Assembly (NCBI RefSeq): GCF_006345805.1
Contig: NC_042999.1
Location: 160,580,001 to 160,644,000, forward strand
Source of the DNA: Octopus sinensis
Taxonomy: Eukaryota
Reading direction: 5' to 3'
DNA: 64,000 nt
Shown here: positions 37,138 to 48,500 of the stretch, one piece after another
Layout of the letters: each line of letters begins with the position of its first letter
Position numbering within the stretch: the stretch's first letter is position 1
Program-made: the position numbers and the translations under genes
The notes under the pieces: generated by a model
Seen by the model: only the letters and a program-made list of their open reading frames with translations
Database searches by the model: none
What the model was told of the DNA's origin: nothing

Positions 37138-37334
37138 GTGGCCGATGCCAGACTCCCGTGGCACGTAAAAAGCACCCACTACACTCGCGGAGTGGTTGTC
37201 GTTAGGAAGGGCATCCAGCTGTGGCAACTCTGCCAGATCGAACTGGAGCCTGGTGCAGCACCTGGCTTCCCAGACCCCGGTCGAACCGTGCAACCCATGC
37301 TAGTGCGGAAAACGGACGTTAAACAATGATGATG
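35868..37334 (+). mobile_element. RTE 3'UTR copy containing an expanded tandem array
   Basis: Array followed by the standard tail cccactacactc...catgctag...(gat)n. Confidence 0.85.
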
Positions 37335-37414
37335 TATGGAATATTTTATAATCTCCCTCTCACTATCGCTAATAGAAGAGCCACAGCAATTAATAAATTT
37401 GACAGCAAACTTAC

Positions 37415-37484
37415 CTGCTCCATATCTACACGTTTACCATTGTAATCAAGACGGATAGGTAAATCGGGGGAAAATATCACAGAC
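37415..37484 (-). CDS. ATG2: ATG2 exon 8/13
   Basis: cacacag acceptor, gtaagt donor; SVIFSPDLPIRLDYNGKRVDMEQ matches EFRFTSEVPIWLDYHGKHVTMDQ; 70 nt, phase 2 to 0. Confidence 0.95.
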
Positions 37485-37984
37485 CTGTGTGATAGAATAT
37501 AATGAATATGACTGATTAGAAATAAAAACCTTTACATAGAGAATACTAACAGAAAAGACAAATGTTTTCTGCTACATTTAACTGAGAATTTCTCAAGTAT
37601 TTTCTTTGAATTATTTCAACTTGACCCAAAACTCATATACTTTTTTTATAGAATGAGGTTATAGATGACTGAATTAATCTCAGTATATTACTGGTATATC
37701 ATCAATATACTACTACTTCAGGAAAATCTAGAAAACTCTCTTTGCAGTCACAGCAATTCAGTTACTTTTTGTTTTGTTTTTTATCATTTACTCAGTATCC
37801 ATGGGTACTGGTGCCATGTAAAAATAAGTACCCTTTGAAAGCTGAGAGAACACTTTCAAGACTGGTGAGAGGGAGGGAGGGAAGGTATCTATAAATTACA
37901 GAGCTACCCTGAATGCTTGTACAGAATGGATGCAGCTAAAAGTACGCAAGTCCACAGCAGGATCTGAAGACAGAATCCAAAGAA

Positions 37985-38640
37985 TCAACAACTTGATACC
38001 TCTGTAATTATTTGTATCTAAGGCGTCACCTTTTCCTTTGTAGCAGTTGACTATGTTGCTGCTACACCAGTCATTGGGTATGACTCCTTCGTGTATCACC
38101 TGGTTAACTATACGGGTAACTAGGCTACAGCCGACACTGCCAGATATTTTGAGCATCTCTGCAGTGATTCCTGATGGGCCAGGTGCTTTCACTGTCTTCA
38201 TACTCTTAATTGCTTTATCTACCAAGGTACTGTAAACTCGGATAGCTGGTCCCTCTGTTGGGTTAACGTTTGGTAGACTCTCTTTCTCCCATTCATTCTC
38301 TTCATTTAGCAACCTTTCATAGTGGCATCTCCAAGTCTCTCTCTTTGCAGCATCAGTAAATGCAAGTGAGCCATCATCCATGCAAACACAATTCTCTCCT
38401 ACAACATCATGATTCTCTCCCACACACTGTCTTGCAACACAAAATACCTCAAGTCTTTGGTCCTCATGGCACAGAACATTGACAAATTTTTTCTTATCTG
38501 CTTCCCCTCTGGCTAAATAAACCCACCTCCTAGCTTCCCTTCTGGCAGTCTGATACAATTCCCTGCTACCACCTTTCTTCCAGTCCTTCCAAGCCTGTCC
38601 CTTTCCTCTAATAGCCCTTGTCAACAACATTGTTTCACCA
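37985..38640 (-). mobile_element. RTE-clade LINE ORF2 fragment (linker and start of RT)
   Basis: WRCHYERLLNEENEW...KAIKSMK..KAPGPSGITAEMLK...IPNDW...YKGKGDAL...NYRGIKLL. Confidence 0.88.
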
Positions 38641-38702
38641 CAATGATTTTTTTTCTAATAACAGTGAGATTAGCTTTGAATGAAACTAAAAATTATCCTT
38701 AC

Positions 38703-39025
38703 CTGAAATAGGTGGGTTGAGACATTGTTCGATTTTCCTTGTTTTCAGAAGGTGCAGAGCCAGAAGATTCTGAAGAAAGATCAATCGATTCTCTGATATC
38801 AAATTTTATCAACATTTCCTGTTGTTTGTCATCTTCTTCAGAACTGGCCGGTGGTCCTTGAATATTTGTACTCAATATGGGTAAAGGTGCATTACTTGAA
38901 GAACGTCTCCGAGAACTTTCAGCTTTCAATTCGTGTTCTGGAGATTTCCTTGACTTTAAGTGATCTATTGATGAGGAACCATTCATAATTTCAGACATAA
39001 ACTTCATAAGGAAAAAGAGAGCATC
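38703..39025 (-). CDS. ATG2: ATG2 exon 7/13
   Basis: ctttcag acceptor, gtaagg donor; starts DALFFLMKF, ends QPTYF(R) as in ATG2 DALFFLKDFF...QPIYFR, with a Ser-rich variable insert; 323 nt, phase 0 to 2. Confidence 0.93.
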
Positions 39026-39204
39026 CTGAAAGATTAAAAAAAAAAAATAGAATGAAAAAAATGTGATGTTTCAATGACGACTTTAGTGAAATAAAATCAT
39101 TAAATTACATTTTCACTGACATATCCTCAATATATCTATCATAACTCTTCACCAGGGTAAGTAATTCTATTCTTACATGGGCCACAAAGATGTTTTCTGT
39201 GGGT

Positions 39205-39425
39205 TACTCTCTCTTTTACTCTTTTACTTGTTTCAGTCATTTGACTGCGGCCATGCTGGAGCACCACCTTTAGTCAAGCAAATCGACCCCGGGACTTATT
39301 CTTTGTAAGCCCAGTACTTATTCTATCGGTCTCTTTTGCTGAACCGCTAAGTGACGGGGACGTAAACACACCAGCATTGGCTGTCAAGCAATGCTAGGGG
39401 GACAAACACAGACACACAAACACAT

Positions 39426-39462
<37 letters not shown>

Positions 39463-39643
39463 ATATATATACATATATATGACAGGCTTCTTTCAGTTTC
39501 CATCTACCAAATCCACTCACAAGGCATTGGTCGACCCGGGGCTATAGCAGAAGACACTTGCCCAAGATGCCACGCAGTGGGACTGAACCCGGAACCATGT
39601 GGTTGGTTAGCAAGCTACTTACCACACAGCCACTCCTGCGCCT
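39205..39643 (-). mobile_element. SINE family B
   Basis: Full-length match. Confidence 0.85.
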
Positions 39644-39852
39644 TTTCTAAAAACTTTTCAAATTTAATGTATCTGTAGATCAATGAATAGTTGATATCTT
39701 TTAGATAGTTTATTCTGTCACAATTTATTAAATTTTTGCTTACATAAGCATTGTGAGAGATGGAAATATGATAGGGGAGATATGCTAGAGTCAAGATTGC
39801 AATTTTTCAAAGTACTTCACTACACTGGGACAAATATTAGGGATCAACTAAC

Positions 39853-39954
39853 CTGGTCAATGTTGAGTTTGATAGGTTGAACAGATATTTTAAGGGCACA
39901 TTCTTCAGCAGGGACAGCAGGATCTGGACATGTGTGCAAAGCTTTGATGAGCAA
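39853..39954 (-). CDS. ATG2: ATG2 exon 6/13
   Basis: tgtttcag acceptor, gttagt donor; LLIKALHTCPDPAVPAEECALKISVQPIKLNIDQ matches LTIKALHV...ECCLRVSLMPLRLNVDQ; 102 nt. Confidence 0.95.
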
Positions 39955-40317
39955 CTGAAACACAAAGCAAAGAATAGCTTACATTAAAGTTTCTGAAAAC
40001 AAACAAATGAGTAACCAATGTGTGTAGATCCATTTATCATATGCTAATTATGCTAATTACTGATAACTCCTATGTAGAGATTAATTTGGATACATCAAAC
40101 TGGTTCTATAATTCCATTTTAAACTACTCCAGAAACCCTTTCCTATCATCTACCACAGACAACCCTATCATCCATTTGCATTAACTACTCTTAATATTCC
40201 AAACCAGTGGTAATATTCCTTTTAAATATGCCAATCAATATTTACAAACGAACTTAAATTTTCTAAGCTCCTAATTACAAATGACTATGACTTATTGAAA
40301 GAATTTCACTGTCTTAA

Positions 40318-40388
40318 CCCTTTCGTTACCAACCCGGCTGAAACCGGCTCTGGCTCTTTAGTATAAATGTCTTGTTTTCATAAGTTTT
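40318..40388. mobile_element. Truncated piggyBac MITE left end
   Basis: TTAA|CCCTTTCGTTACCAACCCGGCTGAAACCGG, cut off by a SINE. Confidence 0.7.
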
Positions 40389-40558
40389 GACTGCGGCCAT
40401 GCTGGAGCACCGCCTTTAGTCGAGCAAATTGACCCCGGGACTTATTCTTTTGTAAGCCCAGTACTTATTCTATCGGTCTCTTTTGCCAAACTGCTAAGTG
40501 ACGGGGACGTAAACACACCAGCATCGGCTGTCAAGCAATGCTAGGGGGACAAACACAA

Positions 40559-40597
<39 letters not shown>

Positions 40598-40750
40598 CAT
40601 ATATACGACAGGCTTCTTTCAGTTTCCGTCTACCAAATCCACTCACAAGGCATTGGTCGGCCCGGGGCTATAGCAGAAGACACTTGCTCAAGATGCCACG
40701 CAGTGGGATTGAACCCGGAACCATGTGGTTGGTTAGCAAGCTACTTACCA
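40388..40750 (-). mobile_element. SINE family B, both ends clipped
   Basis: Match to family. Confidence 0.8.
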
Positions 40751-40751
40751 C

Positions 40752-40798
40752 GTATGTGTGTGTATATTTGTTGGTATGCATTCTGCTTATGTGTTTCA

Positions 40799-40829
<31 letters not shown>

Positions 40830-40922
40830 CCTATCTCTTTGTGTGTGCGTGTTTGAATGTGTCTATAAGTATGGGTTTGTGTGACTATGTATATACAACA
40901 GTTATGTATGGATGTGTGTGTC

Positions 40923-40955
<33 letters not shown>

Positions 40956-41094
40956 AGTGCGTGTGTGTGTATGGTCATGTGTTTCCATCTCTTTTTGTGT
41001 ATGTGTGTTTGTGTGTGTGTGTGCTTGTCTGTCTGTATTACCTATCTACCTATCTACTTACCTATCTGTTTACCTACATATCCATTTACCTACC

Positions 41095-41125
<31 letters not shown>

Positions 41126-41135
41126 GTATATATAT
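40752..41135. repeat. Compound microsatellite (GT)n/(TACC)n/(TA)n
   Basis: Direct inspection. Confidence 0.85.
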
Positions 41136-41429
41136 AACAAGAGATGCAGCACGGAATTTTGTCAGTGAACAGGTCGCGGTCTCAAAGTGACGAAAATATT
41201 TTGACAAATTAAATTTAAATGTTAAAGTGAATCTAACGGTTTTGTGTGTTTCTTAAATGGCTTATAAACACCTTTCACGCTGCAATTGTTTTGGTTCCAG
41301 CACACAATCTCAGATCAAGTCACTTGCTATGCAAGTACATCATCATCATCGTTTAACGTCCGTTTTCCATGATAGCATGGGTTGTCAACCTGCATGTGTA
41401 TATACTGTGGGTATTAGGGTATCAATACC

Positions 41430-42495
41430 TTCTATGTGCATTTCCTATTTAGCATGGGAGATGTTTCATTTATAAGGACATACTTCAGTATTTGTCTGAG
41501 TGACGGGTTCTCCGGGTGCTTGGATAAAATGCAGATGTAAAGTCGGCCTAGTGTGCCTCCATGTAGGTCTTTTGGCATGTTGATAGCGTATGGGGGAATG
41601 TTTTTTTGTCATCATATTGTCTCTGATGTTCGTTCAGTTGTTCCGCAATGCTCCTAGATGTCTCCCCTATATTACATCATGTTCATGTCTTTACGAGCAC
41701 CCTCTATGCACCTTATGCTGTAAACTACATTTCTAGTTCTTGAGTTAATGCCAGACTTAATCTTACATACCATGCAGTTCTCATTGGTGCATGAGCTATT
41801 CTCAAAGGGGGTACAACCTACATAGCTGTGATTAGATGGAGCTCCCTGGCTTTTCAATGATCTTAATGTTGAGTTTGATCTCCTTAAGAGCTTTCCTAAA
41901 TCTACAGGCTAGTTCCCCATGGGCTGTGACCTCTACAAACATCACTCCTTGATATTTATCACAAACTCTCTGTATCCTATTCCAGTCTTTACTTCTGCAT
42001 CTAGGGCAGGTACCACTGGTTTCATTACATATAGTGCTATCTAACTTTTCTAGCTCCCCTGTATACTCAAATCCTATCTTTCTGGTCATATCCAGAGAAT
42101 TGCATGCAGCGCATGAAGTTCTGTACAGGTTTCCTTATTTCATAGGGTTTGCATAGCAGGGACACGTTATTCATTATCCTAAGTCTGCTATCAGTATGTT
42201 GATTTTCATGTTGTGTGACAAAGCTGTGTTCTTGTGAACAACATTTTGAAGCTATAGGTTTCATGTAATAGGAGTGGAGGAGCTGCACTCTGTGGTTCAC
42301 AGTTTCTAACCAGAGTTCAGCATCAAGGACAGGTAGTCTATTGTCATGGTGCCTAATGGGGTAATCTATAGTTCCCTTGATACTTTGGTGGATGGAGTTA
42401 GCTACTTTCTGGATGCTCTCCATTATGCTCCTCTCGGTTTCTACACTACAGTTACTAGTTTTGAAATAAAATTTAGACAGTGTACTCATTAGACA
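41430..42495 (-). pseudogene. Decayed Penelope-like retroelement ORF (RT thumb, Cys-rich linker, GIY-YIG endonuclease)
   Basis: Frameshifted pieces LPVLDAELW...LHSYYMKPIAS...LRIMNNVS...FMRCMQFSGY, CTNENCMVC, and RNVVYSIRC...IGETSRSIAEQLNEH. Confidence 0.8.
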
Positions 42496-43826
42496 CAATA
42501 ATCCCTATAGTCTTACTGGTACCATTAATAACATTAGTTATGTTAATTAGGACACTATTTTTAGCATTAAATAAGATTCTAAAAGGTGTTTAAATGAATC
42601 ATTACAAAAATGTTGATATTTGATCAATATTTCTTTCAGAAATATTACAATAAAATGTTTTCAATCTTCAACATCATCTGGTTGAGTTTACCTGGATTTT
42701 CCTCAAAATCAAACATGATGTTTGGAAAGTTAGTATAGCAACATCCAGTGTCCGAAGGGAGCTAGTTTATAAACGTTTTTGTTGCATGGCTGACACTTGT
42801 AATATGCGTGTAATGGTGCTCATAAGAAGATATCACTTAATGAGTTTTTGCTGAGCTTTCCAGCAATGTCCTGCAAAGTACATGCATCTTTCTCTAATAA
42901 CATCAGTGATTACAAAAAGACTGCTGTGTTCTTTTTTTTTTCCTTTGCTAGGTCTGGAGAAAGATGCAATACACATAGTTTTTTTTTTTTTTAGGCCCTC
43001 CCTGGCTAGTGAGATTGTTGCCATTAATTCCAATTGTACCTTTGTAGGTTTAAGATCTGCAGGATAGACATAAACAAGAAGGGAATTCCAGAGAACTGAT
43101 TTTCTGGGAATGAAAGACTGAGTGTAGTGATAAAGTGCAGCACATTAGGGATCAGATACAACATGGACTGGAAAAGAGAAGGAAAAAAGAGTGACTCAAG
43201 AATATCAAAAGTAAGGTGGCAAACAAGCTCAGAGGAGCAGGGGCCATTATAGTAACAGTGGAAAAAGCAGAAAGAGGAGTCAACAAGTCTATGTGTCAGA
43301 GGCTGGAGTGTGTCCGTGAGTGACTTAATGCCATAGTTTCTGTGTGGTTAAATACTTTTCCCACAAGATTGAAATATAGAAATGTGAAAAAAGCAGCAAA
43401 GGCCAGAGGTAGAGATGATGATGTGATCAATCACTGAATTGACCAGTGACCACAGCACATCAGTGGTGCTTGTTCTATCACCTCTGAATAAAAATAAATA
43501 CAAGTACCATACAGTAATGATTAACTTAGAGAGAGAAATCTGTAAGGCAGGTTCAGTTCCCAGTTGATTCAGTTTACTTAATTCCACCTTATATTTCTGA
43601 CTCTAATTCAGTGACACACTGCCTGGAGATGTCATTTATCCCCAAGTGTCCTCTAATCAAGAATACGTGATTGAAAGTCATTCCAGCAATGACAATCTCG
43701 ATTCTTTTTGTTTATGGAGATGGTGGGGGTGTGATCTGAGAGAGATTTCGTTGCCAGTCATTGTAAATTAAGTGACGACATAACTTCTGTCGTTGTCTCA
43801 TTTAACTGAAGAGGTATTCTTTGATA

Positions 43827-44210
43827 TGGAGGCGCAATGGCCCACTGGTTAGGGCAGCGGACTCTCGGTCATAGGATCGCGGTTTCAATTCCCAGACCGG
43901 GCGTTGTGAGTGTTTATTGAGCGAAAACACCTAAAGCTCCACAAGGCTCCGGCAGGGGATGGTGATGATCCCTGCTGTACTCTTCCACCACAACTTTCTC
44001 TCACTCTTACTTCCTGTTTCTGTTGTACCTGTATTTCAAGGGGCTGGCCTTGTCACTCTCTGTGTCACGCTGAATATCCCCGAGAACTACGTTAAGGGTA
44101 CACGTGTCTGTGGAGTGCTCAGCCACTTGCACGTTAATTTCACGAGCAGGCTGTTCCGTTGATTCGGATCAACCGGAACCCTCGTCGTCGTAACCAACGG
44201 AGTGCTTCCA
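43827..44210 (+). mobile_element. SINE family D
   Basis: Full-length match; 11-bp TSD attctttgata. Confidence 0.85.
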
Positions 44211-44375
44211 TCCATTCTTTGATATTGACTCTGTAGTTTATTATGGATTATGAGGCATATTTAGCATTTTCAGTAAGAATAAAAAGAGGAATTTAGAAAT
44301 ATAAGTCAAGTGAAAATGTGTTTGGATGATACCAATTGAACATTAACAATTAATGAGAAGGAAAATAATGCTTAC

Positions 44376-44543
44376 CATACTCGCATATGTTTGTTTAGGA
44401 GTTGATTCAGAGGTATATTGGTAAAGGAATTTGTTATATGGGGAAGATGCTAACCGATCTAAAACTTCAACCTCATTAATGAGTAACACCTGCCGAGATA
44501 CCTGTTCACAGTTGGGAGGGTAGGTTTCGTGTTGCATACGCAC
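44376..44543 (-). CDS. ATG2: ATG2 exon 5/13
   Basis: VRMQHETYPPNCEQVSRQVLLINEVEVLDRLASSPYNKFLYQYTSESTPKQTYASM matches ATG2 VSFQHEVYP...SRQVFIVQELEVRDRLASSQINKFLY; gtaagc donor; 168 nt. Confidence 0.95.
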
Positions 44544-45149
44544 CTTATTTAAGAAAGAAATTGAAGATATAAAGACAGATATAACAAATTTTGAAAATGA
44601 CAATATTAATACTCAACTGATGTTGGTAGCACATTACTGTAAGATCAGCCTGCTTCAATTATTGGTTTCAGATTTTAGCAGAAGGCCAGAAATTTTGGGA
44701 AGGGGAAAAGTTGATTAGATTGACCCCGGTGCTCAACTGGTATTTACTACATTGACCCCGAAAGGATGAAAGGCAAGGCCAACTTTGGTGGAATTTGGAC
44801 ACAGAACATAAAGATGGACAAAATGTTACTAAGCATTTTGGCTGGCATGCTAATAATTCTGCCAGCTCACCATCAGACAGCTTCAGATATTATAATACGT
44901 ATGCGAGCTTTAAAAAAGAAAGAACAGTAAACCTTGCAGCATTTGATCCAGTTCATTACATTCTGAGTTTAAATCCTGCCATAGTTTCCTTGCAAATTTT
45001 TTTTTTATTATTTTATATAGTTTCAGCTCACGAGCTGTGGCCATGCTGCGGCAACGCCAAAGTGGACTTAATTCTATTCTTAGTTTAACATCACTGCCTG
45101 AGCCTCCTTGGATGCCATTAGTGGAGTCCACTTTGTTGCAAGCACTCGA

Positions 45150-45558
45150 TCCAGGTATTTGGTTGAAGGATACCATCCTCCCTTCCACCAGTCTTGAAGG
45201 CTTTAGTTGGCCCAGTGCTATGGTAGATGACGCTTGCCCAAGCTGGTTGGGAAACAAACTTCTCAACCACACAATCACGTCTGTTCATGCATACATCATC
45301 TCATCTCATCTACTAATGTCTGTTCTCCATGCTGGCATGTGTTGAACAGTTTGACAGGAGCTGGCAAGGCTGAAGCGCTGCCCAGGCTCAATTTGTCTGT
45401 TTTGGCATGGTTTCTATGGCTGGATGCTCTTCCAAGCACCAACAACTTTACAGAGTGTGTGTTTATATATATGTTCTTTTACTTGTTTCAGCCATTTGAC
45501 TGTGGCCATGCTGAAGCACTGCCTTTAGTCGAACAAATCAACCCCAGGACTTATTTCT
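45150..45558. mobile_element. Old composite of SINE B and RTE tail fragments
   Basis: Diverged pieces of both families. Confidence 0.5.
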
Positions 45559-45653
45559 GATTATAATGTATGGAGACCTCATGTTGTCAACAAGTCACAA
45601 CTACTAATTAATTAGAATTAAGAAAGGTATGCAAAAATAACTTCCTTTGGCGT

Positions 45654-45699
<46 letters not shown>

Positions 45700-46171
45700 A
45701 GTTACAGTCCCACCCCTTATTTCTTTCCTAAATTTACTCACATTCCTATGTTTTCCACAAAAGGACATTTGCATTTTGCCCTAAAGTGGGTAGCTGATGT
45801 GTGGCTGAGGTGAGCGAAGGGGCATTCAGTGTTTCTTTGAGAAAAATTAAACTTTCAAAAACAAATTATATTTCCTACATTCGTAATCTCTATTTTTCCA
45901 CATGGATAACACAAAATTCAAAAAACAGTTTAAAATTAGGAAATTTCAGTGGGTGGCGGGGAGGAAATGATAATTTCGGAAAACATGATTTCTGAGCAAA
46001 ATCATATTAACCCCTTTGGTGGAACTGGACGACAGACACCACCCCAACAAACTGACCCTTCCAATTTTTTTGAGTTTCGTGGTGAGGGCTTTACATGCTG
46101 TGGTCCTTTTGCTCTTTCACTATAAATCTGCACATGCGGAAACAGACAAAACAGCCATTCATTTTCCCGTT

Positions 46172-46200
<29 letters not shown>

Positions 46201-46211
<11 letters not shown>

Positions 46212-46426
46212 GAGGGCATTATACATACATGCCAGGAGGCATTCTACATACACGCCATACGCTAAGAGGGACAATCAGTCATTTCTACCAAAAATATTAC
46301 TAATCCCACCGATGCTTCGGTGGGATTAGTAATATTTTTGGTAGAATGACTGATTGTCCCTCTTAGCGTATGGCGTGTATGTAGAATGCCTCCTGGCATG
46401 TATGTATAATGCCTCTATATATAAAT
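46201..46426. repeat. Near-perfect palindrome, about 111-bp arms and 4-nt loop
   Basis: 46201-46312 is the reverse complement of 46317-46426 apart from two 1-nt indels; loop tgct. Confidence 0.9.
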
Positions 46427-46734
46427 TAATATGTTCAATAAGAAATAATTATTTTCGAATTTTTTCTCTTATGAGGTTTTTACGCTATCTACCTGACAAT
46501 TTCTTGTTAAGTTTTCCTTATTAAGTAGTTGTCCTTAATTGCTAAATTTTTATATATATATATATATAGAGTTTCTGTCTACCAAATCCACTTACATGGA
46601 TGTAGTGAGAGAAGAAAGAGATGGACGCTTCAATTCTATGCTGCTACCGCATTATGTCGTACGCGAATGGGAGGATTTGCATCCCCAACCAAGAATTTTT
46701 GATGTAACACATGTCCTTGTGGAAGCTGTTGTGC

Positions 46735-46812
46735 GCGGCTGAAGAAGGCCACAGACATACATTATGCATTGTTATAAATCTGTCTAATAAAGGCCCGAAA
46801 CATATGTACCGC
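46735..46812 (+). ncRNA. Type I hammerhead ribozyme motif
   Basis: GCGG-CUGAAGA-A-GGCC...GGCC-C-GAAA-CAUAUG-UA^CCGC; stem I 4 bp, extended stem II (ACAGA/UCUGU), palindromic stem III ACAUAUGU. Confidence 0.65.
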
Positions 46813-46845
46813 TGAGTCCTTCGCATCATGTTTTTATTTTGATCA

Positions 46846-46914
<69 letters not shown>

Positions 46915-47005
46915 TAAAACGACCTTGAACCCGCAAGAGTAAACAAAAGAGACAGAGACAGGCAGAAACAAGGAAAATACCCCTTGTATTTGAATACTAT
47001 GCAAA

Positions 47006-47345
47006 TCGTCGTCGTTTAACGTCCGTTCTCCATGCTAGCATGGGTTGGACGGTTCGACCGGGGTTCTGGCAATGTTTCTACAGCTGGATGCCCTTCCTAA
47101 CGCCAACCACTCCGTGAGTGTAGTGGGTGCTTTTTACGTGCCACCTGCACAGGTGCCAGGCGGGGCTGGCAACGGCCACGGTCAGATTGGTGTATTTTAT
47201 GTGCCACCGGCACGGAAGCCAGTCGAGGCGGTGCTGGCATCGGCCACGAGTCGGATAGTGCTTTTTACGTACCACCAGACCAGGGATCCTGGCTGGTTCA
47301 ATTCGATTTCGATTTCGCTTGCCCCAACATGTCTTCACAAGCAAA
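47006..47345 (-). mobile_element. RTE 3' tail, internally deleted
   Basis: Family signature, reverse orientation. Confidence 0.75.
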
Positions 47346-47507
47346 GGGGGTTGGCAAGGGTGCCTGTCGTACGGTCGCATTGGAGTAAATATTCTTTTAA
47401 AAAAACTTTTCTTTTAACTTTTCAAAAATTTTATTGTTTTCCATACAGTCCAAATGACTGAAACCAGTACAGAAATGTTTTTTATAAAATTATTTTAGCA
47501 TTTTCTA

Positions 47508-47883
47508 TACTCTTTACTCTTTTACTTGTTTCAGTCATTTGACTGCGGCCATGCTGGAGCACCACCTTTAGTCGAGCAAATCGACCCCGGGACTTATTCT
47601 TTTGTAAGCCCAGTACTTATTCTATCGGTCTCTTTTGCCGAACCGCTAAGTAACGGGGACGTAAACACACCAGACACACAAACATACATGCACACACATA
47701 TATATATATACATATATACGACGGGCTTCTTTCAGTTTCCGTCTACCAAATCCACTCACAAAGCATTGGTCGGCCCGGGACTATAGCAGAAGACACTTGC
47801 TCAAGGTGCCATGCAGTGGGACTGAACCTGGAACCATGTGGTTGGTTAGCAAGCTACTTACCACACAGCCACTCCTGCGCCTA
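47508..47883 (-). mobile_element. SINE family B, internal deletion
   Basis: Match to family. Confidence 0.85.
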
Positions 47884-48101
47884 TCTTGACTTTTTTTTCC
47901 ACATATAAATATATATTTGATTGCCTTCCACACACACTTTCTGTAAATTTCAACTCATTCATGATGTAGAAACTTCAAACAAACAGCAACAATAAGGTAA
48001 AATTTTACTTTGAAGGGAAAATCACAAAGTAAAAACTATGATGTACATCACTTAGACAATAAAATATGAACATTTGAATTCTTGAATAAAGTATAAGATA
48101 C

Positions 48102-48222
48102 CTTCATCAGTTGTAATTCCATCATAATATCTGTTTCCCTCCCAGGTCCACCAAGATCATACAGAGACACTGAAACATTTCGTTCTTTGTGAATTTTTTT
48201 ATAATAGTCTGATTGATCAGAT
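48102..48222 (-). CDS. ATG2: ATG2 exon 4/13
   Basis: ttattacag acceptor, AAG|gtatct donor; ...LGGPGRETDIMMELQLMK matches ATG2 GGSGRQHHVLMEIQLSK; 121 nt, phase 2 to 0. Confidence 0.9.
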
Positions 48223-48272
48223 CTGTAATAAATGAAAATATACAAAAATAAATTAAGAAAAACTTATATATT

Positions 48273-48500
48273 TCTTTACTACCCACAAGGGGCTAAACAT
48301 AGAGGGGACAAACAAGGACAGACAAAGGGATTGAGTCGATTACATCGACCCAGTACGAAACTGGTACTTTATTTATCGACCCCGAGAGGATGAAAGGCAA
48401 AGTCGACCTCGGCGGAATTTGAACTCAGGACGTAACGACAGACGAAATACGGCAACGCATTTCGCCCAGCGCGCTAACGTTTCTGCCAGCTCGCCGCCTA
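48273..48500 (-). mobile_element. SINE family C
   Basis: Full-length reverse complement; about 50 nt from the exon 4 acceptor. Confidence 0.8.

Noticed and set aside
35868-37170. CRISPR-like array
   Set aside because: Units are contiguous near-identical repeats with no unique spacers, there are no cas genes, the context is a eukaryotic intron, and the unit is part of an RTE 3'UTR
40538-41190. Cluster of CV- and YI-rich ORFs
   Set aside because: Translations of dinucleotide microsatellites
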